From Eledone cirrhosa (lineage: Eukaryota), in the NCBI GenBank assembly GCA_964016885.1, contig OZ024748.1, positions 15,500,001-15,564,000 of the forward strand: a stretch of DNA of 64,000 nt. Reading direction: 5' to 3'. Of this stretch, positions 43,059-55,127 are shown piece after piece (position 1 is the first letter of the stretch; each line of letters begins with the position of its first letter). The notes beneath the pieces were generated by a model. The model ran no database searches, had not been told where the DNA came from, and was given only the letters and a program-made list of their open reading frames with translations. The position numbers and the translations under genes are program-made.

Positions 43059-43334
43059 CTAGAAAGAAAGCAAAGATATTAGAATGTCTTGAGGAATGTA
43101 GCAGCTAAGTGGTTATAGTAAGATCTTATTAACTATTTCATGATAGAATAAGAAACATACATCTAATTAATAAACAATATCAAGTATATTGATTCAGAAA
43201 TAGATTTTCTTATGATTAGTACTAGAACTCACATTTTTACATGTAATGGAAGAAGAGGCATATAAAGTATTGAAGTATTGCTCCAATTTATATATATATA
43301 TATATATTATGTGTGTGTGTGTGTATTATGTGTA

Positions 43335-43565
43335 TCATCATCATCACCGTTTTACGTCCGTTCTTCCATGCTAGCATGGGTGAGACGGGTTGTCCTGTTG
43401 TGGGCAGTGTCCGGTCGGCTGACCTTGTCTTGCTCATATGAGAACTGATTCTGGCTTGATTTCTACAGCTGGATGCCCTTCCTAATACCAACCTCATTTA
43501 CAGTGAGTGGTGGGTGCTTTTTTTCCGTGGCGCCTATATGTCCACTTTGCAGTGTGGGCTGGGTG
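43335..43565 (-). mobile_element. RTE subfamily 2 3' UTR fragment
   Basis: Reverse complement of 63290-63520. Confidence 0.85.
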
Positions 43566-43724
43566 TTTATATTTATCTAAAAACTTTCCATCTTAATTTT
43601 ATGTAAAAACCTTAGTTAAGTTATGCTCCAAGCACCAGATCAATGATGAGAAATTTAATTATTTTACTAAATCTTTCCAAATTCTTAATTATTTTCAAAA
43701 TTATTAAAAATAATTAAGAATATA

Positions 43725-43774
<50 letters not shown>

Positions 43775-43776
<2 letters not shown>

Positions 43777-44048
43777 TCAGCAAAGGCCAATACAGCTAGA
43801 CACAAGTGCTGTCACAACACGTATCGACAGTTGATCGACTTTCGTCTAACTGGACTGACGAAACATTGCTTCCATTAGTCTTTCCAATTGTTAATACTAT
43901 CTATTGGTTGCAACTCCAACTAGAAGGAGCAACGTGAAATAAAGTGTCTTGCCCAAGAACATAACACATCACCCGGTCCGCAAATCAAACTCACAAGCTC
44001 AAGATTGCGAATCCAATTCTCTAACCACTCAGCCACACGCCTTCACAA
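43775..44048 (-). mobile_element. CORE-like SINE B2
   Basis: Head gtgaaggcgtgtggctgagtggttagag and CORE-like block. Confidence 0.7.
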
Positions 44049-44723
44049 AAAACACTATATATACACTATATATGATGTTGTCCAAGAGAAAAAGCAAAGG
44101 CTGATACAACTTATCACCAGTTTCTGCACAACATTTTTTTTCGAGCTGAATATATTAAATTAACAAAAAATAAAATGTTGTGCTCAAGGATACAATGCCC
44201 CACCTGATCTGAGAATAAAACTCTTGAACTTACTTACATTCATAAACACAGGACCCTAAACCTAACAACTAAGCTCTGTGTCCTCACACACTGATTATTT
44301 ATTTACTTTGCAAAGATACAGATTTATTTTCAATGATTGATTTCTTCCTTAGTCTTTTTCCTTATTTTCTTTAACCCTGCTCAGACTTTTGGATGAAGAA
44401 GAAATAACAAAAAAAAAAACAATATATATATATATATGGCAGACGTAGAGGCAGGAATCTATTCTAATTATAGCTAGACTGAAGAGAAAATTACCATTAT
44501 TTTAAGTACAACGTAATTGAAAATTAACTGCTATTATTGTTGCTCTAGCTTATAGCCTTATTGAAATCAATGCTAGCTTGTTGCAGATTCTTGGAGCCTT
44601 ATACCACCACAACCTCCCTACTGCTGCCAACTCCTTTACTAAAACATATCCCTTTAAATATAATACATACATATGCATTATATATGTATATATATATGTG
44701 TGTGTATATATATATATATATAT

Positions 44724-44900
44724 CCGTATATGGTTGACGGCTTAGACAAAGGAGTACTCAATAGCAAAGTGGAGTTTTAATAATCATTTACATAAAGGTT
44801 AAAAAATAAGTCTTGTTACTCTGGAGTTTCACCTGTTTATCCTGGTGATCCTGTGATAAACAGGTGAAACTCCAGAGTAACTAGACTCACCTCTTAGCCT
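44724..44900. mobile_element. Short foldback hammerhead element in (TA)n
   Basis: Inverted arms 44809-44841 and 44855-44887; CTGGTGA-tcctgt(gataa)acaggt-GAAA-ctccagag-TA; GAGTACTCAA tail at 44752. Confidence 0.65.
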
Positions 44901-45133
44901 TAATCATCATCATTTTCCATCCGCTTTTCCCTGCTTGCAATAAATGAATGAATATAAGAAAATGAGATTTTTTTTTAAATGAAAAAAAAAACGAGATGTC
45001 CTACACAAGTGAAATTATAAGGAAAAAAGATGAAATCGAAAATGCCACTGGAGTCTTTTTATGAATATTTATTTGTTTCCTTTATTGGTTTCACAGTTCT
45101 TATGCTTTCCAAAAGTAGAGTTGAGATGGAGGG

Positions 45134-45169
45134 CTTTTGAAAAGCATAAGAACTGTGAAACCGGTAAAG
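45134..45169 (+). ncRNA. Minimal hammerhead variant (U3-A8) within a foldback spanning 45017-45232
   Basis: ctt-TTGAAAA-gca(taagaac)tgt-GAAA-ccgg-TA-aag; stem I is only 3 bp. Confidence 0.5.
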
Positions 45170-45442
45170 GAAACAAATAAATATTCTTAAAGAGACTCCA
45201 GTTGCATTTTCAATTTCATCTTTTTTCCCTATATATTAATTTTAATTAAAATACAGGTGGCCAGACTGGTAATATTTTAATCAAAATAATATTTAACTCC
45301 ATTCCTGCACCAGCCACAAGATTCAACAGCAACGATGGATGAGTTATGTAACGTAGAATGCTTTTCCTAATATTACATCATAGTTAACTAAACGGAATGA
45401 CCAGTTCTATGCATTGGTGAACCACAAATCATAAATGAATAA

Positions 45443-45480
<38 letters not shown>

Positions 45481-46254
45481 ACACACAAATCTCTTTAAAT
45501 GTAATACATATTTCTATGTGTATGTTTTGGCATTAAAAACAAAAACATTGTACAAACAAGAGAGTACTCAATATGAGTTGTAGTTGTATCCTATGTATTT
45601 TAAAAGCTAAAAATTTCACTAACTGTTACCCTCAATTTAATATTTTCCAGGAAAAATAATGAATGAGGAAGAGGGTACAGAAATATGTTTAGAATATTTC
45701 TGTATCTATGTGTAAAGCTAGCATAGTTTACAGATTCAATAAAATATATATACTAATAAATAAGTACCAGATTGGTATAAGTACTAGAATTTAATATAAT
45801 CAACTAAAACTATGAAGGTTGTGCCCCAGCATGACCACAGTTCGATAACCGAAATCAATAAAAGACTACCCATATATAGAGTGAAATACAGAAAGATAAT
45901 TTCATATATATATATAAATCAAGCCGAAATCAGTTCTATATGAGCAAGATATGGTCACTTGAACTGGCATTGCCCACAACAGGAAAACCCAACTAACCCA
46001 TGCTAGCATGGAAGAATGGATGTAAGACGGTGATGATGATGATGATAATATATATACAGCCAGCTTAACTCTGAAATACAACCCAAACAAGATGGACCTC
46101 GTAGCAGAATTGAGTGCTTCGGACAGCACACTGCCTGTAACTCTAGTTACACGCCTAACATCTCTCTCTCTCTCATATATATATATGATATGTCCCAAGG
46201 CACTGATACCATCAACACCATAAACACAGAGCTGGCATATCTAAGAACTGACTA

Positions 46255-46310
46255 ACTGCCTGATGAGATCATAGCCATTCAATGGCTATCATCGAAATAT
46301 ATATAGCAGT
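46255..46310 (+). ncRNA. Type I hammerhead ribozyme (textbook core)
   Basis: actgc-CTGATGA-gatcatagcca(ttcaa)tggctatcatc-GAAA-tatata-TA-gcagt. Confidence 0.88.
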
Positions 46311-46351
46311 AAATAAAGGATTATGAGTTCATGCAATTGACTTATGTTTCG

Positions 46352-46382
<31 letters not shown>

Positions 46383-46428
46383 TACTTCGAAATATTAATA
46401 AATATAGACATTCATGTGATCAAATATA

Positions 46429-46490
46429 TTTTATTATACATATTTCAGAGGTACTGAGCTATTTCATCAGTATGTCCTCATCAGATAAAA
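46429..46490 (-). ncRNA. Type I hammerhead ribozyme
   Basis: ttttat-CTGATGA-ggacatactga(tgaaatagc)tcagtacctct-GAAA-tatgta-TA-ataaaa. Confidence 0.78.
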
Positions 46491-46570
46491 TAAATTGATG
46501 TCTGACATACCTCAACTGTGCTGATGGTTCAATTGCAGTCTTGGCAGTCATATATATATATATATATATA

Positions 46571-46619
46571 GTTTTCTGATGATCCTGTGTATGCACAAGT
46601 GAAACTCCAGAGTAACAAG
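46571..46619 (+). ncRNA. Hammerhead-like motif (same family as 44842)
   Basis: CTGATGA-tcctgtg(tatg)cacaagt-GAAA-ctccagag-TA-acaag; stem I is imperfect. Confidence 0.6.
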
Positions 46620-46708
46620 ATTCAATACTTTACCATAAAGGAATATATATATATAATAAATAAGGTCAGTTACTATAACATCACCATACCACTATATATA
46701 TATATATT

Positions 46709-47048
46709 CATTCATTTCATTTCATTTTACGTCTGCTTTTTCCTGCTTGCAAGGGTTGGACGGGAACTGATTCTGGCTTGATTTCTACAGCTGGATACCC
46801 TTCCAAACACCAACCTCATTTACAGTGAGTATTGGGTGCTTTTTTTCTGTGGTGCCTCCACAACCACTTTGCAGTGGAATGATAGGGACCCCAGTCCCTA
46901 TCATCTCATTTATACAGCTGAGTAAACTGGAGCAATGTGAAATAAAGTGTCTTGCTCAAGGAAACAACACATCACCTGGTCTGAGAATTGAATTCACAAC
47001 CTTACGATTGCAAGCCCAATGCTCTAATCACTAAGCCATGTGCCTCCA
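46709..47048 (-). mobile_element. CORE-like SINE B1, full length
   Basis: Near-identical to 12026-12375. Confidence 0.9.
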
Positions 47049-47441
47049 TATATATATATACACACACACACACATGTACCACAAATATAGTTACACATAA
47101 TGCATACAATAAATATATATATTTACAGTATCTATATTTATATATTTATTATTTTTATTGCTGTTACTGGCTCAACCAAACTGTATATTTATAGGAAGAT
47201 GTTCATCATTACTATATCTACTTTACAGAGTATTTAATTTGAATGTCCATTAAGCTTCTCATTAAATTGTTCAGACAGGATCCATCAGCTTTATAAGAGG
47301 ATCTTTCTAATGGCAGTCACAGCAAACCCTAATTTATAACCAATTAATGTCTAACATGTTCATATGAAGGAAAATAATCCGTCATTTTAACCCTAGCCTG
47401 GCCAAAATTGGCTCTGGTTCTATGAAACAAAATGTTTCCTA

Positions 47442-47649
47442 CCCTTCAGCATTTAAATCGGATGTATCCAGCCAAAATTCTCTCACCTCTTTCTGGTCAA
47501 ACTGGCCATAACTGGCCACTGATAATAATGTTAAGGTATTGTTCTCAAAATAAATAATATCAAAATCTCATAGACTTAATATTATGTGAGATAAAGCCTT
47601 TACCATGAAAATATAATAGTAAATATAGAGTAATGTAAATGCTAAAGGG
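47442..47649. mobile_element. piggyBac-type MITE (short family)
   Basis: CCCTTCAGCATTT...AAATGCTAAAGGG-TTAA inside host-family MITE sequence. Confidence 0.8.
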
Positions 47650-47962
47650 TTAAATGAAAATCTTCCAACATAATTTTATGTAACAACTATATATTAAATG
47701 ACTTTCTTAATAATGGTTTCTGGTGTAGCCACAGGCTAACAATTTTGGGGAAGGGGAAAATTGATTAAATCGACCCCAGTGCATGACTGGTGCTTTATTT
47801 TATCGACCCCATAAGGATGAAAGACAAAGCTAACCTCTTATTAATATTGAAATAATTAACTTTAGTAATAGTAAATTTCTTAAAACTCTTCATTATCTCT
47901 TTTGATACCTACCCCAGCCAAAATGTGAACTGATTCTATGAAATAAAAGGTTTTGTATTTAA

Positions 47963-48167
47963 CCCTTTAACATTCAAATTACTCCATATTTACTATTGTA
48001 TTCTCACAGAAAAGGCTTTATCTTACATAATATCACATCTACAAGATTTTGATATTTATTTTGAGAAAAATAACTTAACATTGGTATGAGTAGCCAGTTA
48101 CCACCGGTTTGAACAGAAAGGGGTGAGAGAATGCTGGCCGGATATGGCTGGTTTAAATGCTAAAGGG
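47963..48167. mobile_element. piggyBac-type MITE (short family)
   Basis: TTAA-CCCTTTAACATT...AAATGCTAAAGGG-TTAA. Confidence 0.85.
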
Positions 48168-49027
48168 TTAAATTAAATTCTTCCAACAGAATATTAGAAG
48201 AGAACTGATGTGTCACTACAAGTCTTGGACTACTACTATATTTATTGAGGACTATGACTGGACGTGTACTAGTTGGCTATATAAGCCTTTCCATTCATGG
48301 GAGACTAACACGCGCTGATGATGCATTCTGAGCCAAATTATTTAATGTCTGCAGCTATTACATAACTACTGTGAATAGTGGTTTCAGTTGGACCTATTGT
48401 TGACAGATCAGAATTGTAGAAATTATGCATTGTCCGGGTATATTTGATATGTTAATATCAGCACCTATGCGAAGACATTTATCTCACTGATTAATATATG
48501 AGGGCACTCAGAGTAATGGGTTTATTTCTCTAAGAATACAAAATTAATTATATCATTGCATGAGAAAGGAAATGGCTAAAGCTCTATCAAATTTCTTCAA
48601 CTAGCTTCGTAATGAAATAATTAATAATTTCATTACTAATATAGTAACTTAACATATGGGTCTTATATATAATTACGTCAACATTTTTTTAATTTAAATG
48701 GGAACCTATTAAGATGGGCAGTTTTATTGCATAGAACCAAAGCTAGTTTTGACCAAGTTGTTATCAAAAGGTTTAAGATTATCAATCATTTCATTACTAG
48801 TAATTTAACATGTTTCTCATATAAATTTATACAGAAAAATTTTATTTTAGATAGGAACCCTTTAAAATGGGTGGCTTGTTGCATAGAATCAGAGCTGGTT
48901 TGGGTCAGGTTGACATCAAAATAGTTAAAATGATAATGTAAATATCTCTTTAAATGTTAGTGAAAACAGTCATTCTTCATATAGTAGTGAGAACTGTCAT
49001 CATTAGTTCAATGATAGTAAAGGTGAT

Positions 49028-49393
49028 AGATTGGCAGTATTGGTAGAGCATTGGACAGCATACTTTATGGCACATAGTTACATCCCTTTATATTCTTAGT
49101 TCAAATCTCGCTGAGGTTAGCTTTGCCTTTCCTCCTTAAGGGCAGGGCCAGATTAATTAAGGATTAGACAGAGTAAATATCCTGGGCACATCTTGTCAAA
49201 GAGGTACCCTTCTCGGAACAGCTCTGGGCCTCCCTAAACCTGAACTCCTTTGGTTCCTTTGTCCCTTTGGTCTCAATATTTACAGGGTTGATAAAATAAA
49301 GTACCAGTAATGCACTCAGGTAAAATTAATCAACTTTCCCCACCTTCCACCCAAACAATTCCTGGTCTTGTTCCTTCCTAAATCAGAAACAAT
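49028..49393 (+). mobile_element. SINE family A interrupted by an insert of about 140 bp (49143-49280)
   Basis: Head up to ttgcctttcctcctt, then cagggccagattaa... (hAT-like end), then resumes at gggttgataaaataaagtaccag. Confidence 0.65.
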
Positions 49394-49395
49394 TC

Positions 49396-49653
49396 TGTTT
49401 CTACTTTTGGCATAAGGCCAACAATTATCCCAGTGCATTACTGGTACTTTATTTTATCGACCCCCCCATACGGATGAAAGGCAAAGCTAACCTTGGCAGG
49501 ATTTGAACTCAGAACAATATCGCTCTTTATGTTCTGAGTTCAAATCCTGCCAAGGTTAGTTAGCTTTGCCTTTCAATCTTATGGGGTCAATAAAATAAAT
49601 ACCAGTAATGCACTGGGATAATTGCTGGCCTTATACCAAAAGTAGAAACAATT
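49396..49653. mobile_element. Head-to-head inverted pair of 5'-truncated SINE A copies
   Basis: Arms 49396-49516 (-) and 49530-49650 (+), 13-nt spacer. Confidence 0.85.
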
Positions 49654-51479
49654 ATTTCAATGGTACTGAAAATAAATTTAGTTCAAAGTTGAAACTTTTG
49701 TCATTATTTCCAGTAAATGTTTAAACATTTTAATTAAATCTATCACACACTGATGTAAAGAGGATTGAAGGCAATAGCAGATAACAAAGGAAGGAATGGT
49801 AGCTAATCAGACAACTAAGAAATATCATCACCAGAGAAGAAGATGAAGAAGGAAGAAGAAAACAACAACAACACAATAGAACAGACAAGGATTGCTTTAC
49901 TACTATCCTCTATAATCAGCATAGGTTTTATATTTTCATATAACATTGATATATGTATGACTACTGTGATTAGTATTATTATTATTCAGTGCGAAACTAA
50001 GAAAATAACATGGCAGAACAACAACAATAACAACAACAGCAGTGGCGTCACTAGTACTACTACTAGTAATAGTAGTAGTAGTAGTGGTGGTGGTAACAAT
50101 AACTAACAAAAATAGTAGTAGTAGCAACAGCAGCAGTAACAACAACAACAATAATAATAATAATAATATAAATACTAAATAAGAAAGAAACAATATTTTA
50201 TATTTAAGACGTCTTTAGCAATCAATGCCTGCCATAAGGAAAACAGCTGTCTGCATAGATTATTAATATTAAAGTAAATGTAGAGTAGCAAAAACAAGGG
50301 GGAATAACTGAATTTTTGAAATATTAAAAGAAACAAAGAAAATACAAAGGTTAGAAAATTCCACATTATATATCTTAACTATGACTCACTAAAACTACTA
50401 TGTCTAGCTATCAAACTACTAAGACACATTAAAGTTATGTACTAATATATATTAGTATTTCTGTCTTTCAAATTTCTAATAATATAAAAGGTAAAATGAA
50501 AAATTAATTTTTTGATTTTTATTTTTTTTTTTTTTTTTTTTTTTTGTACAGAAAGAATTTTTTTTTTTGTTTTTTTTTTTTGTTTTTTATTGGTTTTAAT
50601 TTGTTTTGGTTTGAAAAGTTTCTTGGTCAAAACTTTTAAAACTATTTGTAATAAATATTACTTACTTTAAGTAGCTACCATAAATGATGTCTATTTGATA
50701 GTGAGAGAAAGTATCTCAGGATAGACAATAAAATCTTAACTTTATTGCATAGACAAGAGGTGAAATCCTTGTTTGACACATGATAGGTACTTGACAGAGA
50801 CACACTTAGTTCCTCGGCAGTCACAAGGTTAGGTCCTTCATAGTCGGAAGGTAAAATCCTTGGTAGATGCAAGGTAAGTCCTTGATACATACAAAGTGAG
50901 ATCCTTGTTTAACACAAAGTTACTTCCTTCATCGTCAGAAGGTAGATGCAAGGTAAGTTTTTCATACATACAAATTGAGATCCTTGTTTCACAGAAAGTT
51001 AGTTCCTTGGCAGCCACAAGGTTAGATCCTTACACAAGCTACTAATGTGGGAACCAACTCATGGTAGACGCAGTAGAAGAAGAGCAAACATTCATTGATC
51101 AACTCTCAGATGATACAAACTTCAGTAGGGATTAGATGCCAGGAGCAATAGAAAATAGTGAATTGTGGAGAGATTTTGTCAGGAATGTTCAATTGTGATG
51201 ATGATGATGACTAAGATAGTAACTTTACAGGGTTCTTATGAAAAGTTGTTGGAAGATTTTTACTTAAAAAGGGACCCTTTAAATGAAAGGCTTTGCTTTA
51301 CAGAATAAACAATTTACAAATAAACTTGGCCGTGTTTCTCTGCTGCTTATGTACAGGATACTTAAAACAAAAGACTGTATTACTGAGTATGACATTTGTT
51401 TCGGCACAATTTCTTTATGGTACTTCACCAACAACATCACATCATAGACAAACACTGCTGTTATCTATTTACATTACTC

Positions 51480-51885
51480 TGTAGAATGTATAAAGCCTGT
51501 ATGAAAAGTATGATGTTGCAGGTTAGTGAGACATGGGCATTGAATACAGAAGATATATAAAGACTGGAAAGAAAAATGAAACAAGCATGCTCTGATGGAT
51601 GTGTAATATTAATGTGCATGAACAACGGAGCACAAGTGAGATGTAAGGAAGAAGAAAATATAAAATAAACTGGTGTATAAAAGCAATCAGATGTACTGTG
51701 CAGGAGAATAGAGTGCACAAATAAGAACATTGAGATGTGGTGAAAGCTGATCTCAAGAAACTAAACTTCACAAATGAGATGACAAAGGAAAGAGACAAGT
51801 GGAAAGATGATGTGTTGGAGGGAACTCATTTAACCCAAGCAAGCATAGAAAAATAGACATCAAAATGCTGCTGTGATGATGATGT
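51480..51885 (+). mobile_element. Old degenerate RTE 3' fragment
   Basis: Remnants of MLxxSETWAL, NETSMLxWMC and KADLKKLNFTNEMTKERDKW, plus a (GAT)n tail. Confidence 0.7.
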
Positions 51886-52154
51886 TTATATCAGAAGATC
51901 CTGATGGGAAACAAATAGCTGTTGGCATTATATTTTCCTATAACCTATAAAACAGTACAACGAAGCATGTAAAAATGAATGAAAATGAATGCTTGTGATA
52001 AGGGTAATATATACACGCACTTTCACATCTACAGGTTATTTTGTGAAGTAATTCATACTCATTATTCCATTAATATTTATATAGTAACATCAGTTTTTCA
52101 TGGAATAGCCTGAATAATTATATCAGAGTATGAGATGAGTTAAATACACACACA

Positions 52155-52192
<38 letters not shown>

Positions 52193-52255
52193 CATACACA
52201 CAAACATACACACAAATATATATACACACACATATATATGCATACATACAGACAG

Positions 52256-52298
<43 letters not shown>

Positions 52299-53143
52299 TT
52301 TATATACATGTAAGTTTACATATACAGACACACGCACACATTATATATATATATATATACACGCATACATATACATACATACACACACACATATATATAT
52401 ACATACATCCAAATATAAATATGTGTTTAGAATCGTAATTCATGCAACTATCATAGCATAAACTAAGATGGCAGAGAATAGTAACTTTATGTAAAAATGG
52501 ATGAAGTTAAAAGTTATGTTAGATAATTCTGAACAGGCTGTAATGTTTGCCAAAAGATGTCAGTAAGCTTATAAATATATTACAATATTACTCTATGCAT
52601 GCATGGGTGTGTCTATGTGTCTGTGTATATATGTATGCATATGTGTATATGACCCTCCCCAAGTATAACAATATATATATATATATATGTATAACCAAAG
52701 ATTAATATGGTTCATTGATTACTCAACGAATACAGTTTTACAATAGATTAAAAGCACTCAACAATGAAATATTCAATTGACCTAATATTTGAAAACAACG
52801 GTTTTTTTCTACTTATGCCCCCCCCCCCCGAATTTCTTTTGTCGTTATTTCTTTTTTCTTCTTTTTTATATATATTTCTTCATCTATTTCACCCATCTAT
52901 ATATTCATTTAAATATTTATATATGTATTTTTTTTTCTCTTTCTTTTTCTTATTTTTTTCTTGCATCTGCTTTTCTTTACACACTCTCTTATATCTCTAC
53001 TTTGCTCCACGTCCTTTTCTTCTTTAAGTTTATCATATTATTATTTGTGGTATATAAATGTTGAGATTTGATGAAATAAATCACTGCCAATAATGGAATT
53101 GAAATATCAAGACCGTAGAGGTATGTCATATATCAAATCATAT

Positions 53144-53204
53144 TTTATCTGACGAGGACGTACTGGAAAAAAAAACACAGTACCTTCGAAATATATATAA
53201 TAAA
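53144..53204 (+). ncRNA. Type I hammerhead ribozyme (family of 46429)
   Basis: tttat-CTGACGA-ggacgtactg(gaaaaaaaaaca)cagtaccttc-GAAA-tatata-TA-ataaa. Confidence 0.8.
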
Positions 53205-53253
53205 GCATATATTTTGATTATGTGAATATCTTCATTTGTTAATATTTTGAATA

Positions 53254-53284
<31 letters not shown>

Positions 53285-53452
53285 TAAATGTGTGTGTGTA
53301 TATGTTTCTATATATATATATATATATATGTATATACGTATAGGTGTGTGGAAGGTGTATAGCTTCCCATGTTGTGTTGGGAGTAACTACAGTTCAAAAT
53401 GGTACTCAATAGCTTAGTAGAGTCTAAGCATTTTTATCATATATATATATAT

Positions 53453-54217
53453 AGTAAGAATATTTTCGAAACAGCGAGCGGGTTTGAAATTATTATAAAT
53501 GTAAGCTATCGCCGTATTTTGACTAAAGGAATTAAAGAAATTATTTAGCCTGATAGTAGGTTTAAGAACCCTCGGAGAAATGGAAAAAGATGAGTGTTGA
53601 CATACATGGGAGTCGAACCCACATCTTTGGTTATGCAGACTATTGTGCTACCATTTACACCAACACATCACCTGTTTTTTTTTCATTCAAATTAGAAACT
53701 ATAAACTTAGCGACTGTAATGTCAAGTAAGAATATTTTCGAAGCAGCGAGCGGGTTTGAAATTATTATAAATGTAAGCTATCGCCGTATTTTGACTAAAG
53801 AAATTAAAGAAATTATTTAGCCTGATAGTGTACGTCAATACTCATCTTTTTCCATTTCTCCGAGGGTTCTTAACCCCACTATTAGGCTAAATAATTTCTT
53901 TAATTCCTTTAGTCAAAATACGGCGATAGCTTACATTTATAATAATTTCAAACCCGCTCGCTGTTTCGAAAATATTCTACTTGACATTACAGTGGTTAAG
54001 TTTATAGCTTCTAATTTGAATGGAAAAAGACGGGTGATGTGTTGGTGTAAATGGTAGCACAGTGGTCTGGATAACCAAAGATGAGGGTTCGACTCCCATG
54101 TACGTCAATACTCATCCTTTTCCATTTCTTCCGAGGGTTCTTAACCCCACTATCAGGCTAAATAATTTCTTTAATTCATTTAGTCGAAATACGGCGATAG
54201 CTTACATTTATAATAAT
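53453..54217. repeat. 272-bp tRNA-containing tandem unit, about 1.4 units forward then about 1.4 units inverted
   Basis: Unit starts at 53453 and 53725; inversion junction at about 53830; flanked by (TA)n. Confidence 0.85.
54036..54107 (+). pseudogene. tRNA-like cloverleaf inside the repeat unit (second copy 53598-53669, minus strand)
   Basis: Acceptor gatgtgt/gtacgtc, D arm gtgt-aaatggta-gcac, anticodon arm tggt-ctggata-acca, T loop ttcgact; the anticodon differs between copies (GGA vs GCA). Confidence 0.6.
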
Positions 54218-54544
54218 ATATATATATATATATATGACTTCTACATGACTAGAACTGGTTCATTCATATGTACGAATAAAATAGTTCTAGTTCTGTAGAA
54301 GTCAATTATATATGGCCGACTGAATTCATATGTGTATGTTTTTTTTCTCCCTAATTTTTTTCCCCTCTTTCATCTCAACACTCTTTTCTTTCTATTAATC
54401 TTCTATTTCTAACTCTGTCCGCTAACGATGGACTAGTGTCTGAAACGTTAAGACTCTCTTCCTGCTATTTCATGCATTAAACTAATATATTTCTTCAATG
54501 TACTGTGCCATTTGTCTTGTTATTTTTTTATTACTTTTACACAG

Positions 54545-54630
<86 letters not shown>

Positions 54631-54820
54631 AGGGAGAGAGAGAGAGAATTGAAGTAAACTTGGTATCATTTAAGGTAATCCAAGTAGAGGTTACAAGTAA
54701 TCTGTTCCGTGGAGGATTTAAACGTGCGCTGTTGGTAAACTCAACAAGCTGTTTACTTAGTTGTGGCGTTTGGATGGCCGATTTCATGTTAGTTAATCTT
54801 CATTCTTTCATTATATATAA

Positions 54821-55008
54821 GGCGGATTGGCAGTATCGATAGAGGGTCAGACGCCATGCTTTGACGCATAGAGTTATGGTCCTCGCCATTCTGAGTTCAA
54901 ATCCCGCCGAGGTTAACTTTGCCTTCCATCCTCACGGGGTCGATGAAATAAAGTACCAGTAATGCACTGGGTAATTGCTGGCCTTGTGCCAAAAGTAAAA
55001 ACAATTAT
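54821..55008 (+). mobile_element. SINE family A, full-length reference copy
   Basis: A-box-like tggcagtatcg and B box gagttcaaatcc with long spacing; the central GCCTTCCATCC..GGTCGAT.AAAT..AGTACCAG block resembles the Meta-SINE domain (from recall). Confidence 0.85.
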
Positions 55009-55127
55009 ATATATATATATATATAGTAGTAATAATAAATGTGAAGACTAAACTCCGAAGAGATCTTGATAAGGATAATATATATATATATAATATATAT
55101 AAAACTGTAGAGCGAATATTTATTAAA

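Noticed and set aside
48315-48345. CTGATGA as a hammerhead core (also at 8679, 42280, and on the minus strand at 739 and 34103)
   Set aside because: No stem II followed by GAAA, and no stem I pairing.
48180-48600. Unique-looking sequence as a host exon (likewise 5280-5540, 10740-11000, 14550-14700)
   Set aside because: No convincing open frame or recognisable domain; short exons or enhancers cannot be excluded without RNA or conservation data.
54036-54107. Functional tRNA gene
   Set aside because: Pyrimidine at position 37, a T-stem mismatch, an anticodon that differs between the two copies, and embedding in a repeat unit.
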